Counted from the stretch's first letter, positions 1-11,385 are shown. The stretch is 64,000 nucleotides of DNA from Halobacteriaceae archaeon (GCA_042216675.1 JBDGTS010000008.1:96707-160706); one strand, 5' to 3'. The notes: generated by a model from the letters alone, not told the origin. Numbers and translations are program-made.

Positions 1-2
1 TC

Positions 3-239
3 GACGCGACGTTCCTGAAGCCACTCGGCGCGGGCGCCGCGATGGCCGCGGCCATGGCGGGACTGCGAACCGCGCTCGCCGGCCCGGCGGCAATCGTCCT
101 CGGCACCGCGGTGGGGTTCGTCGTCTTCGTCGCCGTGCTGGCGGCGTTGGGCGTAAATCCGCGTGACCGCTTCGTGGCGCGCGAACTCGCGGCCCGGTAC
201 CGCGCGGCCGCGGTGGACCGCCTCGTGGCCCTCCGGTGA
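3..239 (+). CDS. C-terminal fragment of a membrane protein, probably a flippase/polysaccharide biosynthesis exporter (5' truncated by window edge)
   Basis: Frame is open from the window start; hydrophobic helices followed by the basic tail GVNPRDRFVARELAARYR. Confidence 0.5.
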   Translation, partial: DATFLKPLGAGAAMAAAMAGLRTALAGPAAIVLGTAVGFVVFVAVLAALGVNPRDRFVARELAARYRAAAVDRLVALR

Positions 240-273
240 GCGCCTTTATCGGGGTGCCGGCCGACCTGTGTGT

Positions 274-669
274 ATGGACTGCCCGAACTGTGACGCGCCG
301 ACGCTCGCGTTTCCGCTGCCGCCGACGTACCGCGCTCACTTCCCGGGGGACCGCCCCGGTGCGGCGATTTGCACTCGGTGTCTCCACGTCACGCCCGTCG
401 ACGACCCGCCGGCGGACCTGCCGGACTTCACGGCCGTCAGCGACGCCCTCCCGGCGAACCGGGACCACGCGCTGACCGTCGTCTGCCTGCTCGGACTGCT
501 GGACTCGATTGCGCTCCACCGGGACGCAATCGACGCGCTGACCGACGAGGCAGAGAGCGAGGGCACCGACGTGATGCTGGTGCTAGACCGCCTCGGGGCC
601 GACGAGAGCGTGGCTCCGCACTTCGATTTGGAGAAGCGCACGCACCAACTGGAGCAGTTGCTCCGTTAG
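274..669 (+). CDS. Small haloarchaeal CPxCG-related zinc-finger protein (DUF6276-like)
   Basis: MDCPNCDAP...AICTRCL Cys pairs; acidic; ATG at 274 lies about 25 nt after TTTAT. Confidence 0.75.
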   Translation: MDCPNCDAPTLAFPLPPTYRAHFPGDRPGAAICTRCLHVTPVDDPPADLPDFTAVSDALPANRDHALTVVCLLGLLDSIALHRDAIDALTDEAESEGTDVMLVLDRLGADESVAPHFDLEKRTHQLEQLLR

Positions 670-1913
670 ACGCCCGTCGAGTAGCGCAGGATGCCGCCGA
701 CGCCGCCGAACGCGGTCATCAGTTGCTCGCCCTTCTCGAAGTCCGTCGAGATGAACTTCGTCTCCGTGCCTCGCTGGTCGGCGATGTCGATGAGGTGGTC
801 GATGACGTCCTCACGCTCGACTTTCTCGGCGGGTTCGCCACACTCCGTGCAGTCGTGGTCCGGCGCGTCCGCCCCGGTGTCCACGACTTCTCGCTCCTCG
901 TGGCCGTTGGGACACTCGTAGGTGATGACCTCCTCGCGCAGGTCCTCGCTGATGAGGAGGCGGTCCACCGACCCCATCATCAGGTTCCGGCGGGTCGGTT
1001 CGAAGCCGTAGGTGGCGAGGTCCCCGCCGTGGAGCTCCTCGAAGAACGTCTCCATCTCCTCTTTGTCCTCCATCAGCTCCGCGTCGGCCAGCACGCCCTG
1101 TGCGCTGTCGACGAGGTCGTAGAGCCCCGACTCGTCGGTGTAGGCCACGTCGAACTTCCCGAGCACCTGGTCTTGCAGTTCGTGGTGGAGGTAGTCGCCG
1201 TCGAGGAACTCGTCTTTCGTCGGCGAGGGGCCGCCCACGAGGATGCCGTCGAGTTCCTCGCGGCGCGGGACGAACAGGTCGTCGGCCATGCCCGCCACCT
1301 CCTGATAGAAATTGTCGATGGCCTCCAGCCGCAGGCGGGCGAACCGCTGTGCGGACTGGCCACCCTTCCGCTGTTTGCCGGGGACGAGCGACGACGCGGA
1401 CTTCACCGGCTCGACGCGCTTGCCCTGCAACCACCCGACGTTGGCCTCGCGCCGGTCGAGGACGATGAGGCCGTAGAGGCCCTTGTCCGCGAGCATCCCC
1501 TCAAGCGGTTCGGTGAGGAACTCCGAGTCGCAGTGGTAGCGGAACGACTGAATCGGCTGGGGCGGACTCTCCAGCACCCGGGTCAGCATCTTCGTCTGCC
1601 CGCCGCCGGAGTCGATGGCCCCCGAGAAGATGACGAGGCCGTTCTCCGGCGGGAAGTTGTCGTAGTAGCGCAGGCGCGACTTGATGGAGGAGAGCGCGTC
1701 CTGCACGTTCGTCCGCGTCTGCTTGGACTTGATGTTCGACGCCTCGCTGTGCTCTTGGGTCACGTGGGCGACGACGTCGCTGATCTGCTTGTCGGGCGGG
1801 ATGTAGATGGTGACGAGCTGTGTGCCCGACCCCTCGTGGGCTCGTAGCTCCTCGATGAGCTTCCGGAACTGGTACTTGTTCCGGTCGTCAGAGCCCTCCT
1901 GCTGCTCACTCAT
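666..1913 (-). CDS. prf1: Archaeal peptide chain release factor aRF1
   Basis: NIKS motif (ASNIKSK), GGQ motif (RKGGQSAQRF), YHCDSEF, C-terminal AFGGVGGILRY. Confidence 0.98.
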   Translation of the reverse strand: MSEQQEGSDDRNKYQFRKLIEELRAHEGSGTQLVTIYIPPDKQISDVVAHVTQEHSEASNIKSKQTRTNVQDALSSIKSRLRYYDNFPPENGLVIFSGAIDSGGGQTKMLTRVLESPPQPIQSFRYHCDSEFLTEPLEGMLADKGLYGLIVLDRREANVGWLQGKRVEPVKSASSLVPGKQRKGGQSAQRFARLRLEAIDNFYQEVAGMADDLFVPRREELDGILVGGPSPTKDEFLDGDYLHHELQDQVLGKFDVAYTDESGLYDLVDSAQGVLADAELMEDKEEMETFFEELHGGDLATYGFEPTRRNLMMGSVDRLLISEDLREEVITYECPNGHEEREVVDTGADAPDHDCTECGEPAEKVEREDVIDHLIDIADQRGTETKFISTDFEKGEQLMTAFGGVGGILRYSTGV

Positions 1914-2023
1914 TACCTCTCCTAGCCGCTCCAGTCGGTATGAAACCTTTGACCGGGGGGAGCGAGTTCACGTCAGTTCGCCACCAATATCCCTTTAAGT
2001 GCCGCCCGAGGGTGAGTGCACGT

Positions 2024-2923
2024 ATGACTGGCTCGCGCGTGCTCGCGGTCGCGAGCGGAAAAGGCGGCGTGGGGAAGACCACGACGGCGGTGGCCCTCGG
2101 CGCCTGTGCCGCGGCGGCGGGGCGCTCTGCCGTCGTGGTCGACGCGGACCTCGGCATGGGGAATCTCGGAACGATGGTCGGACTCACCGACGCGACGCCG
2201 ACGGTCCACGACGTCCTCGCGGGGTCCGCCGACGTGGACGACGCCATCCACGAGGCGCCCGGCGACTTCGACGTGGTGCCCGGGAGCGCGAACTTAGAGC
2301 AGTACGCCGAGGCGGACCCCGCCGGCCTTCGGGACGTCGTCGAGGATCTACGGGCCCGCTACGACCTCGTGGTGCTCGACTCCGGGGCGGGGCTGAGCCA
2401 CGACACCGTCCTCCCGTTGGGTCTCGCCGACGAGGTGGTCCTCGTGACCACGGCGGCCGACATCGCCGTGGCCAACACCGCGACGACGCGGGAAGTCGCG
2501 AACCGGTTGGGCGCCGACGTGCGGGGGGTCCTCGTCACCAGCGCCACCGGCGACGTCGATACCGTTCGGGAGCGAATCGACGCGCCGATTCTGGGCACCG
2601 TCCCCCGCGACGAGGCCATCGAATCGGCCGCCGACGCGGGCGTGCCGGTGACGGTCCACGCGCCCGAGAGCCCCGCGGCCCGGGCCTACGCCGAGTTCGT
2701 CGCTAGCGTCCTCGAAGTCCCGGTCACGTCGATGGACCTCCCCGACGCGACGACGGCCGAGACGACGGGCGAGACGCCGGCCGAGACGCCGGCCCCCGAC
2801 ATTCCGGACGCCGAGGGTGCGACCCTCACCGACGAGGACGAGGCAGAGTCGGAACCCGAGCAGTCGCGCTCGCTCATCAACCGCCTGAGTGGGGGCCTCA
2901 TCGGCGGAAACGACAATAACTAA
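2024..2923 (+). CDS. MinD/ParA-family ATPase with acidic C-terminal extension
   Basis: Deviant Walker A SGKGGVGKTT, VDADLGMGNL, VLDSGAG; TATA-like CTTTAAG near 1993. Confidence 0.88.
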   Translation: MTGSRVLAVASGKGGVGKTTTAVALGACAAAAGRSAVVVDADLGMGNLGTMVGLTDATPTVHDVLAGSADVDDAIHEAPGDFDVVPGSANLEQYAEADPAGLRDVVEDLRARYDLVVLDSGAGLSHDTVLPLGLADEVVLVTTAADIAVANTATTREVANRLGADVRGVLVTSATGDVDTVRERIDAPILGTVPRDEAIESAADAGVPVTVHAPESPAARAYAEFVASVLEVPVTSMDLPDATTAETTGETPAETPAPDIPDAEGATLTDEDEAESEPEQSRSLINRLSGGLIGGNDNN

Positions 2924-2948
2924 ACGTCGGGCACGAATTCGCTCCGAT

Positions 2949-3086
2949 ATGGCCGAGGACGCTACCGTTCCGCTCCGGTGGGTACTGCTGTTCGCCGTCG
3001 TCACGTTGGGCGCACTCGCGCTGGCAGTCCTGTACGTCGGCGGCGACCTGATAACGCCGGCTGGACTGCTGGCCCTCCCCTTCTGA
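2949..3086 (+). CDS. Small membrane protein (45 aa)
   Basis: MAEDATVPLRWVLLFAVVTLGALALAVLYVGG hydrophobic segment; fills the gap between minD and argS. Confidence 0.6.
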   Translation: MAEDATVPLRWVLLFAVVTLGALALAVLYVGGDLITPAGLLALPF

Positions 3087-4883
3087 CTACATCGACTCGG
3101 GCGCCGCGATGCCGAGGACGCCGAGTCCGTTGGCAAGCGCCCGCCGCGCCGCCGCGACGACCCGGAGTCGCGCCGCCCGGGTGTCGCCCTCGGCGTCGAG
3201 GACCGGGCACGCCCGGTAGAAGTCGTTGAACGTGTCCGCGAGTTCGCGGACGTAGGTCGCCACGAGGTGCGGTTGGAGGCTCTCGGCCGCCTCCTCGACG
3301 ACGGCCGGGAACCGCGCCACGTCGCGCAATAGCGCCCGCGCCTCCGGTTCGGTCAGTGCGTCCGCGTCGGCGGACTCGGGCACGCCCGCCTCGTCGAGGA
3401 TGCCACAGGTCCGCGCGTGAGCGTACTGGACGTACGGCGCGCTCTGGGCCTCGAAGTCGAGTGCTTCCTCCCACTGGAAGGTGATGGCCTTCGTCGTCTG
3501 CTTTGCGACGATGTCGTAGCGGACGGCGCCGACGCCCACCTGTTCGGCGATGCGGGCCACGTCGTCCTCGTCGAGTTCGTCGCCGCGCAGACGGTCCTCC
3601 ATCCGGTCTTCGACTTCCGCGCGGGCGCGTGACTCCGCTTCGTCCAGCAGGTCGTCGAGGTCGATGCCGGTGCCCGCGCGGGTGCTCATCCCCTCGCCGC
3701 CGGGGAGATTGACCCACGAGTGCAGGATGTTCTCGATGCGGTCAGTGTCGTTGCCCAGCATGTCGAGTGCGGCCTGCACCTGCCGGGACTGGAGTTCGTG
3801 GTCCTCGCCGAAGACGGAGACAGCGCGGTCGTAGTTGTCCAGTTTCCACTCGTGGTGTGCGATGTCGCGGGTGGGGTAGAGGCTGGTGCCGTCAGAGCGG
3901 AGGAAGACGAGTTTCTTGTCGATGTCCCGGGCCGAGAGGTCGAGTTGCCACGCGCCCTCCTCGTAGACGGCCACGTCCATGTCCCGCAGGCGGGTCACCA
4001 CGTCGTCGGTCCACGAGTCGGCGTCGGTGACGAACCCGTCGCTCGGTTTCTCGCCGCCCGTCTCGGGGGGCCGCATGAAGCGTGTCTCCTTCACGAACTC
4101 GTCGAACTCCGCGGGGAGGCGCGCGAGCGACGTCTGCATCCCCGAGAGAACTTGGTCGACGACCTCGCTCACCCGCTCGTAGGCGTCCTCGTCGCCCGCT
4201 TCGAGGCCCTGCATGATGGCCTGAATCTCCTCCTCGGCGGCCGCCACCTCGTCGGGGTCGCCCTCTTCGAGGAAGGCGTTGCCCCTGCGGTAGTAGCGAA
4301 CGAGTTCGTAGTCCGAGCGGTCGCGCTCCGGGTCGGGGAGGTCCGACTCGTCGAACGTCTCGTAGGCCCACGTGAAGACCGCAATCTGGCGGCCGGCATC
4401 GTTGACGTAGTAGTGGACGTCGACGTCGTGGCCGGCGTAGTCGAGGATGCGCGCGACGGCGTCGCCGATGATGGGGTTCCGCGCCCGGCCGACGTGGACC
4501 GGTCCCGTCGGGTTCGCGCTCGTGTGTTCGACGACGACGGACTCGCCGGTGTCGGGGAGGCGGCCGAAGTCCTCGCCGGGCGCCGCCGCTAGCGTCTCGT
4601 CGTAGTAGGCGTCGCTGGGCGTGAAGTTGAGATACGGCCCCTGCGTCGAGACGCCGCCCACGTAGTCGTAGCCATCGAGGTCCACGGCGTCGGCGAGTTC
4701 GGCGGCCACCTGTGGCGGCGGCGCCTCCATCACCCCGGCGAGGCGGAACGCGACGCTGGAGGCCAGCACCGCGTCCACGTCCTCCGGGGGTTCCTCGATG
4801 CCGAGGTCCGCCGTCGGGAGGTCGCGGGCCGCGAGGGCCGTCTCGACGGCGTCCTCGACCTCGTCGCGGAAGGCGATGAACAT
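3087..4883 (-). CDS. argS: Arginine--tRNA ligase
   Basis: [19 protein letters not shown] (HIGH-like), GMSTRAG (KMSKS-like), [12 protein letters not shown]-type C-terminal domain. Confidence 0.98.
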   Translation of the reverse strand: MFIAFRDEVEDAVETALAARDLPTADLGIEEPPEDVDAVLASSVAFRLAGVMEAPPPQVAAELADAVDLDGYDYVGGVSTQGPYLNFTPSDAYYDETLAAAPGEDFGRLPDTGESVVVEHTSANPTGPVHVGRARNPIIGDAVARILDYAGHDVDVHYYVNDAGRQIAVFTWAYETFDESDLPDPERDRSDYELVRYYRRGNAFLEEGDPDEVAAAEEEIQAIMQGLEAGDEDAYERVSEVVDQVLSGMQTSLARLPAEFDEFVKETRFMRPPETGGEKPSDGFVTDADSWTDDVVTRLRDMDVAVYEEGAWQLDLSARDIDKKLVFLRSDGTSLYPTRDIAHHEWKLDNYDRAVSVFGEDHELQSRQVQAALDMLGNDTDRIENILHSWVNLPGGEGMSTRAGTGIDLDDLLDEAESRARAEVEDRMEDRLRGDELDEDDVARIAEQVGVGAVRYDIVAKQTTKAITFQWEEALDFEAQSAPYVQYAHARTCGILDEAGVPESADADALTEPEARALLRDVARFPAVVEEAAESLQPHLVATYVRELADTFNDFYRACPVLDAEGDTRAARLRVVAAARRALANGLGVLGIAAPESM

Positions 4884-4917
4884 ACTCCCCGTTTTCGAGG
4901 CGCCGATAAAGGGATTT

Positions 4918-5292
4918 TCAATCCTCGCCGCTCAGCGCCGCCTCGCACCGGTCGCTGAACGTCGCGAGGGGAACGTCCGCGCCGGAGTCGACGCTGACGA
5001 ACAGGCCCGTGTACTCGCCGGCGACGAAGTGGAACGCCGTCACCTCCTCGAAGCGGTGCATCGAGCAGTGGAGGTCGCCGGCCCGAAACAGGTCTTCGAG
5101 GTGTGCAGTGCCGATGCCTTCGAGGATGAGGTTCCGGTGGATGGCCGGCGCCCGGTCGGCGATGTGCGCTTCTAGTCCGTCCCGGGCGTAGACGAGGTCG
5201 TAGCCGTCGCGGTCGTAGGTGGCCACCGCTCGGAGGCCCCCGTCGGTCATGGCGTGCAGGTCGTCGACGAGGGCCGCCTCGTCCGTGAGCAC
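4918..5292 (-). CDS. Conserved haloarchaeal hypothetical protein (DUF7522-like)
   Basis: [18 protein letters not shown] and GLFVSVD pattern; acidic; GTG start. Confidence 0.65.
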   Translation of the reverse strand: MLTDEAALVDDLHAMTDGGLRAVATYDRDGYDLVYARDGLEAHIADRAPAIHRNLILEGIGTAHLEDLFRAGDLHCSMHRFEEVTAFHFVAGEYTGLFVSVDSGADVPLATFSDRCEAALSGED

Positions 5293-5375
5293 GGTTCGTG
5301 TTGCGACCCCGGGTCACATCAAAGGCGTGGCCGTCGGTGCCGTGGGGCTAAGTGCCCCCGCCCCGAAGCCGTCGT

Positions 5376-5894
5376 ATGGACATCGACCTGACCAACGTTC
5401 AACGCCAGATTCTCAGCGTGTTGGTCAACAAGTACCAGCAGTCCGAGGCGCCGGTGAAGGGGAAGGAACTCGCCGAGGCCGTGGACCTCCACGAGGGGAC
5501 CGTCCGCAAGCAGATGGGGAACCTGACGGCGCTGAACCTCGCGGAGAGCATCCGCGGGCCGAAGGGGGGCTATCGGCCTACATCGAACGCGTACGACGCT
5601 CTCGACAGGGAGCAGATAGAGGAACCCGAGGAGATGACGCTCTCCCGGGAGTTCCAGCGCATCGCGGTCACCGTCGACGAGATTTCGCTGTTCAACGTCC
5701 ACCACCCCGAGAAGTGCAAGGCGCGGCTTCACTTTCAGGAGTCCATCGGCGACTACGAGGCGGGCGACGCCATCGCTATCGGGCCCACGCCGGTGTCGCG
5801 ACTCGTCCTCGCCGGCCAGATAGAGGCCGTCGACGACTCGACGAACGAAGTCATCGTCAGCAACGTCAAACTCGAAGCGCCCGTCGAGGAGTGA
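5376..5894 (+). CDS. Winged-helix transcriptional regulator (Rrf2/HrcA-like N-terminus)
   Basis: LTNVQRQIL...VKGKELAEAVDLHEGTVRKQMGNL...GPKGGYRPT. Confidence 0.8.
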   Translation: MDIDLTNVQRQILSVLVNKYQQSEAPVKGKELAEAVDLHEGTVRKQMGNLTALNLAESIRGPKGGYRPTSNAYDALDREQIEEPEEMTLSREFQRIAVTVDEISLFNVHHPEKCKARLHFQESIGDYEAGDAIAIGPTPVSRLVLAGQIEAVDDSTNEVIVSNVKLEAPVEE

Positions 5895-5935
5895 GTCCGA
5901 AAGAGGGAGGTGTCTCGCGCCGAAACCACGGGTGA

Positions 5936-6895
5936 ATGTCCGAGTCGGACGGCCCCAAAACGGTGAGCGATCCGGACTACCACAGCCGGAACCACACCGC
6001 CGCCCAGACCTGTGGCTGGACGGCCAACGCGATGCGGGGCGAGGGCAAGTGCTACAAGAAGGTGTTCTACGGCATCGAGTCCCACCGGTGCATCCAGATG
6101 ACACCGGTCGTCCGCTGTAACGAGCGCTGTGTCTTCTGCTGGCGCGACCACGCCGGCCACACGTACGAACTCGACGGCGTCGAGTGGGACGACCCCGAGG
6201 CCGTCGTGGACGCCTCCATCGACCTGCAACGCGAACTCCTCTCCGGGTTCGGCGGCAACGACGAGGTGCCCAACGGCGTCTTCGACGAGGCGATGGAGCC
6301 CCAACACGTCGCCATCAGCCTCGACGGCGAACCGACGCTCTACCCCCACCTCCCGGAACTCGTCGAGGCGTTCCACGACCGGGGGCTGACCACCTTCCTC
6401 GTCTCGAACGGCACCCGCCCCGAGGTGCTGGCCGACTGTGACCCCACGCAACTGTACGTCAGCGTCGACGCGCCCGAACGCGCCACCTTCGACGAGGTGG
6501 TGGGCGCCACCGAGGACGACGCGTGGGAACATCTCATCGACACCCTCGACGTGTTGGCCGACCACGAGGCCCGCACCGTCCTGCGGACGACGCTCGTGGA
6601 GGGCGAGAACATGCGCACGCCCGACTGGTACGCCGCCCTCTACCGCCGCGCGGACCCCGACTTCGTGGAACTGAAAGCGTACATGCACGTCGGTCCCTCC
6701 CGGGACCGCCTCGACAGGGGGGCGATGCCCGACCACGAGGGGGTCGGCGACTTCGCAGAGCGAGTGGCCGCCCACATGCCCGACCACGAGGTGGTGGCCG
6801 AGCATCCCGCCTCCCGCGTCGCCCTCCTCGCCCGCGACGACGACACGTGGGTGCCGAAACTGGAGTCGGACTCGGAGTTCTGGGACGAGCCGTAA
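5936..6895 (+). CDS. tyw1: 4-demethylwyosine synthase TYW1/Taw1 (radical SAM)
   Basis: CNERCVFC radical-SAM motif, three auxiliary-cluster Cys with [25 protein letters not shown]. Confidence 0.95.
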   Translation: MSESDGPKTVSDPDYHSRNHTAAQTCGWTANAMRGEGKCYKKVFYGIESHRCIQMTPVVRCNERCVFCWRDHAGHTYELDGVEWDDPEAVVDASIDLQRELLSGFGGNDEVPNGVFDEAMEPQHVAISLDGEPTLYPHLPELVEAFHDRGLTTFLVSNGTRPEVLADCDPTQLYVSVDAPERATFDEVVGATEDDAWEHLIDTLDVLADHEARTVLRTTLVEGENMRTPDWYAALYRRADPDFVELKAYMHVGPSRDRLDRGAMPDHEGVGDFAERVAAHMPDHEVVAEHPASRVALLARDDDTWVPKLESDSEFWDEP

Positions 6896-6956
6896 CGATT
6901 CTGGAACGCTTCCCACATTCGGTACTCTTATCCCGGGCGCGCCGATACGTTCGACC

Positions 6957-7664
6957 ATGTCAGACGGCATCGCCCGGCCCGCTGTCGGGCCCGACGAACT
7001 CAGCGCGCTGAAGGCGCTCGGACTCGCCGGCGCGCGCACCCGCGAGGTGAAGGTGTCCTGCGCGGACTTCGCCGACCGCCTCGACGCCTCCACCCAGACC
7101 GCCTCCCGTCGCCTGCAGGCCCTCGACGACGCCGACTACGTGGAGCGTGAACACGTCAGCGACGGCCAGTGGGTCGCCATCACCGACGCCGGGGAGCGCG
7201 CACTCAAAAGCGAGTACGAGGACTACCGGCGCATCTTCGAGGAGCGTGCGACCCTCGACCTCTCGGGCACCGTCACCAGCGGCATGGGCGAGGGCCGCCA
7301 CTACATCTCGCTTGCGGGCTACATGGAGCAGTTCCGCGAGCGACTGGGCTACGAGCCGTTCCCGGGCACCCTCAACGTCGACCTCTCGGAGCGTGCGCGC
7401 CGCGAGCACTCGGCGCTCGACGCCTTCGACGCCGTGGCCATCGACGGCTGGGAGGGCGACGACCGCACGTACGGTCCCGCCACCTGCTACCCGACGACGG
7501 TGGAGACGGCCGACGGCGACGCGTACGAGGGCGCTCACGTCATCGTCCCCGTCCGCACCCACCACGACGAGGACCAGATCGAGGTCATCGCGCCCGACAA
7601 ACTTCGGGACGAACTTGCTCTCGACGACGGCGACGAGGTCACCGCACATGTCGCTGGGCGATAG
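6957..7664 (+). CDS. ribK: CTP-dependent riboflavin kinase with N-terminal HTH
   Basis: HTH ([12 protein letters not shown]) plus [13 protein letters not shown] and [11 protein letters not shown]; overlaps ribB. Confidence 0.93.
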   Translation: MSDGIARPAVGPDELSALKALGLAGARTREVKVSCADFADRLDASTQTASRRLQALDDADYVEREHVSDGQWVAITDAGERALKSEYEDYRRIFEERATLDLSGTVTSGMGEGRHYISLAGYMEQFRERLGYEPFPGTLNVDLSERARREHSALDAFDAVAIDGWEGDDRTYGPATCYPTTVETADGDAYEGAHVIVPVRTHHDEDQIEVIAPDKLRDELALDDGDEVTAHVAGR

Positions 7665-8310
7665 CGTCCCCCGCGCCGTCGCGGACGCCGTCGCGGCGTT
7701 CCGGGCGGGCGACCCGGTCCTCGTCCACGACTTCAGCGACCGCGAGGGCGAAGTCGACTTAGTGGTGCCGCCGCGCGCCGTCGGCCCCGCCGACGTCGCG
7801 CGCCTCCGCAACGACGCCGGGGGCCTCATCTGCGTCGCACTCGGCGACGCGGCGGCCGACGCCTTCGACCTGCCGTTTCTCGCGGACGAACTCGACCACC
7901 CCGCCGCCGAAGCGTCGCATCTGGGCTACGACGAGCGCTCGTCGTTCTCGCTCCCGGTGAACCACCGCGACACGTACACCGGCGTCACCGACGAGGACCG
8001 GGCGACGACCATCTCGGCGCTCGGTGACGCCGCGGCCGACCCCGAGGGCACGGACTTCGCCGCGGAGTTCCGGGCGCCCGGCCACGTCCACGTCCTCCGC
8101 GCGGCGCCGGGCCTGTTGGCCGAGCGCCGGGGCCACACCGAACTCGGGGTGGCGCTGGCCCGCGCCGCCGACTGCCCGCCCGCGGCTGTCGTCTGCGAGA
8201 TGCTCGCCGACGACGGACAGGCGCTCACCGTCGCGGCCGCCCGCGACTACGCCGAGCGCCACGGCTTCGCGTTCGTCGAGGGCGCCGACCTCGTCGAAGC
8301 GCTGGCGTAG
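7648..8310 (+). CDS. ribB: 3,4-dihydroxy-2-butanone-4-phosphate synthase
   Basis: [40 protein letters not shown]. Confidence 0.95.
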   Translation: MSLGDSVPRAVADAVAAFRAGDPVLVHDFSDREGEVDLVVPPRAVGPADVARLRNDAGGLICVALGDAAADAFDLPFLADELDHPAAEASHLGYDERSSFSLPVNHRDTYTGVTDEDRATTISALGDAAADPEGTDFAAEFRAPGHVHVLRAAPGLLAERRGHTELGVALARAADCPPAAVVCEMLADDGQALTVAAARDYAERHGFAFVEGADLVEALA

Positions 8311-8351
8311 AACCGTGAACACTCTTTAGGGCGGGGGGCTTTGGCCGGCAC

Positions 8352-9290
8352 ATGGGATTCGAAGACATGGACGTCGACACTATCTGGCTGGACGGTGAGT
8401 TCGTGGACTGGCAGGACGCCAACGTCCACGTCCTCACACACGGCCTCCACTACGGCACGGGCGTCTTCGAGGGCGTCCGGTGCTACGACACGGCCGACGG
8501 GCCGGCCATCTTCCGCTGGGAGGAGCATCTCGACCGCCTCTACCAGTCGGCCAAGCCCTACGACATGGAGATTCCCTTCGAGAAGGCGGAACTCACCGAG
8601 GCGACGGTGGAACTGCTCCGCCGGCAGGACCTCGAGTCCTGCTACATCCGGCCCATCGCCTTCTACGGCTACGACCGACTCGGCCTGAACCCGAAGAAGC
8701 CCTCCGAGATTCCGGTGCAGGTCGCCGTCGCGGCGTGGCCGTGGGGCGCCTACCTCGGCGAGGAGGTCATCGAGGAGGGCGCGGACGTGACCGTCTCCTC
8801 GTGGCGCAAGTACGGCTCCGACCAGATTCCGACGAACGCCAAGACGACGGGCCCGTACGTCAACAGCGTCCTCGCCAGCCTCGAGGCCGACGAGAACGGC
8901 TACACCGAGGCCATCGTCCTCAACGGCGAGGGCAACGTCGCCGAAGGCCCCGGCGAGAACCTCTTTCTCGTCCGCGACGGCGAGATCTACACGACGGGCC
9001 TCGCCGAGAGCATCCTCGACGGCATCACGCGCAAGTCCGTCATCGAGGTGGCGCGTGACCTCGGCTACACGGTCCACGACCAAGCCACCATCTCCCGCGG
9101 CGAACTGTACACCGCCGACGAACTGTTCTTCACGGGTACGGCGGCGGAGGTCACGCCAATCCGGTCCGTCGACGACAACGACATCGGCCCCGGCACGCGC
9201 GGCCCCGTCACCGAGGAGATTCAGCAGACGTTCTTCGACGTGGTGGAGGGCCGCGAGGACGGCTACGACGACTGGTTCACCTACCTCTGA
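8352..9290 (+). CDS. ilvE: Branched-chain amino acid aminotransferase
   Basis: HGLHYGTGVFEG, YIRP, AKTTGPY, EGPGENLF, ILDGITR, GTAAEVTP. Confidence 0.96.
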   Translation: MGFEDMDVDTIWLDGEFVDWQDANVHVLTHGLHYGTGVFEGVRCYDTADGPAIFRWEEHLDRLYQSAKPYDMEIPFEKAELTEATVELLRRQDLESCYIRPIAFYGYDRLGLNPKKPSEIPVQVAVAAWPWGAYLGEEVIEEGADVTVSSWRKYGSDQIPTNAKTTGPYVNSVLASLEADENGYTEAIVLNGEGNVAEGPGENLFLVRDGEIYTTGLAESILDGITRKSVIEVARDLGYTVHDQATISRGELYTADELFFTGTAAEVTPIRSVDDNDIGPGTRGPVTEEIQQTFFDVVEGREDGYDDWFTYL

Positions 9291-9889
9291 TCGATATCCT
9301 CGACGTCGATTTCGGTACCGGCCGGGGCGCCCACGTCGCCCTGCTCCCCGAACCCGGCGCTGAGGATGCGCGTGAGGGCCTCCTCGACGCGTTCGTCCGT
9401 CTCCTCGAAGTCCTCCGGTTCGACTTCGATGACGAACCCGGTGGTGATGTTCGGTGCCGTCGGCATGAACAGGACTTCCCGGCCGTCTGCGGTCACTTTG
9501 CCCGTCTTGAACGCGGTCATCCGCATCCCGTTCCACGGTTCGAGTTTCACCGGCGCCTGCAGTTCGTCCGTGCCGGCGACGGCCGTCTCGACGGCCATCT
9601 TCGAGGCGTTGTACACGACCCGGAGCCCCGGCAGGCGGTTCGCGGCGCTGTCGATGCCGCGTTCGACCAGCGACCCCAGCGCCGTCCGCATCAGATAGCC
9701 GACGGCGAACACGAGGAGGACGAAGACGGCGATGGTCACCGCGACGCGAACGGCCGGGTCCGGAATGACCGCGGTGAACAGGGGCAGACTCGCGATGCGC
9801 CGATAGAGCCAGTACACGACGTACAGGGTGACGGCGATGGGCGCCAGAATCGCCAGCCCACTCGCGGCGTCCCGCTTCCACGTTGACAT
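9281..9889 (-). CDS. DUF502 family membrane protein
   Basis: Two TM helices, RLPGLRVVYNASK, FMPTAPNITTGF. Confidence 0.85.
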   Translation of the reverse strand: MSTWKRDAASGLAILAPIAVTLYVVYWLYRRIASLPLFTAVIPDPAVRVAVTIAVFVLLVFAVGYLMRTALGSLVERGIDSAANRLPGLRVVYNASKMAVETAVAGTDELQAPVKLEPWNGMRMTAFKTGKVTADGREVLFMPTAPNITTGFVIEVEPEDFEETDERVEEALTRILSAGFGEQGDVGAPAGTEIDVEDIDQR

Positions 9890-9920
9890 TATCGTGTTCC
9901 TCGGCCGGGGGCCTCTTGAG

Positions 9921-10757
9921 TCAACCGCTCAGTATCGCCCGGAGCGCGAAGGCCAGATTCTCGCGTCGCTCCGCCACCCGCCGCCAGAAGTAGGCGAGCC
10001 ACTTCCCGCCGTAGGGGACGTACTGCCACACGTCCACCGTCTCCGCGAGGTCGTACTGCGCGCTCTCGCGGACGCCCATCAGCATCTGCACCTCGTAGTC
10101 GGTGCCGTACTCGGCGTGCAGTTCGGCCGCGCGGTCCAGCATCGTCGGGTCGTGGCTCCCGACGGCGACCCCGCCGTCGAACGTGCGGAACATCGTCTCC
10201 AGACAGTCCTCGTAGGCCGCGTTCACGGCGGCCGAGTCCGTGTGCGCGATAGCGGCGGGTTCGTCGTAGGCGCCCTTCACGAGGCGGACCTTGCCGGGCA
10301 CGTCCGCGAGGCGATGGAGGTCCTCGGGCGTCCGTTCGAGGTTCGCCTGCACGCAGACGCCGACGCCGCCCCCGTGTTCGCGGGCCAGCGCTTCGTAGGC
10401 CGCCAGCGTCGCGTCCGTCGTCGTGTGGTCTTCCATGTCGAACCAGACGAACACGTCCTTCGCGACGGCGTGGCTCACGACTTCGGCGGCGTTCTCCCGA
10501 AAGACGGCCTCGCTCACGTCGAGGCCGAGTTGCGAAGGTTTCGCCGAGATGCACGCTCGCACGCCCGCGCTCTCGATGTCGTCGACCAAGTCGCGGTACG
10601 CGGCGGTGTCCGCGTCGGCGTCGGCGCGGTCCTCGTAGTGTTCGCCGAGGCGGTTCAGGATGGCCCCCACGCCCCGGTCGTTTAGGCGCTGGGCGCGCTC
10701 GATGGCCTCCGCGGCGGTTTCGCCGGCCACGAATCGGGACGCGACGGGCGGTAGCAC
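9921..10757 (-). CDS. Proline dehydrogenase
   Basis: PPVASRFVAGET, ISAKPSQLG, WFDMED, RLVKGAYDE, GSHD, QMLMG, YVPYG; GTG start at 10757. Confidence 0.92.
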   Translation of the reverse strand: MLPPVASRFVAGETAAEAIERAQRLNDRGVGAILNRLGEHYEDRADADADTAAYRDLVDDIESAGVRACISAKPSQLGLDVSEAVFRENAAEVVSHAVAKDVFVWFDMEDHTTTDATLAAYEALAREHGGGVGVCVQANLERTPEDLHRLADVPGKVRLVKGAYDEPAAIAHTDSAAVNAAYEDCLETMFRTFDGGVAVGSHDPTMLDRAAELHAEYGTDYEVQMLMGVRESAQYDLAETVDVWQYVPYGGKWLAYFWRRVAERRENLAFALRAILSG

Positions 10758-10838
10758 GTCCCACCGTAGGCCCCCCGGCGCCTTATACCTCTCCGCCGAA
10801 CCGGAAGACACAGGCTGGCCCCGGACACAGGGGGTGGC

Positions 10839-11384
10839 ATGGACCCACGCGCCGTCGTCGTGACCGCGCTCTGGGCGATGCTCCCCGCGTACGTCCCGAA
10901 CAACGCCGCCGTCCTCTTCGGCGGCGGCCCGCCCATCGACGGCGGTCGGACGTGGCGCGGCAAGCGACTGCTCGGCGACGGCAAGACGTGGCGCGGCACC
11001 GTCGCCGGCGTCGCGGTCGGCGCGGCGCTGGCACTCGCGCTCTCGGCCGTCGCGCCCGACGTGGGGGCGGCCGTCGGCGTCGACGTGCCCCGATTCCCGC
11101 TCCCCGTCGCCCTCTCGCTGGCCGGCGGCGCACTCCTCGGCGACGTCCTCGGCTCCTTCCTGAAGCGCCGCATCGGCCGCGAACGCGGCGCGGCGGTGCC
11201 GCTGGTGGACCAACTCGACCTCGTTGTCGGGTCGCTCCTGCTGACGGCCCTCGTCGCCCCCGCGTGGTTCGGGCGCGTGTTCACGCCGGCCGTCATCGTC
11301 GTCGTCGTCGTGGTGACGCCGGTGTTGCACCTCGCCACGAACGCTATCGCGTACGCGCTGGGGTTGAAAGACGAACCGTGGTGA
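10839..11384 (+). CDS. carS: CDP-archaeol synthase
   Basis: PAYVPNNAAV, LLGDGKTWRG, GDVLGSFLKRRIG, DQLD, LGLKDEPW. Confidence 0.95.
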   Translation: MDPRAVVVTALWAMLPAYVPNNAAVLFGGGPPIDGGRTWRGKRLLGDGKTWRGTVAGVAVGAALALALSAVAPDVGAAVGVDVPRFPLPVALSLAGGALLGDVLGSFLKRRIGRERGAAVPLVDQLDLVVGSLLLTALVAPAWFGRVFTPAVIVVVVVVTPVLHLATNAIAYALGLKDEPW

Positions 11385-11385
11385 G

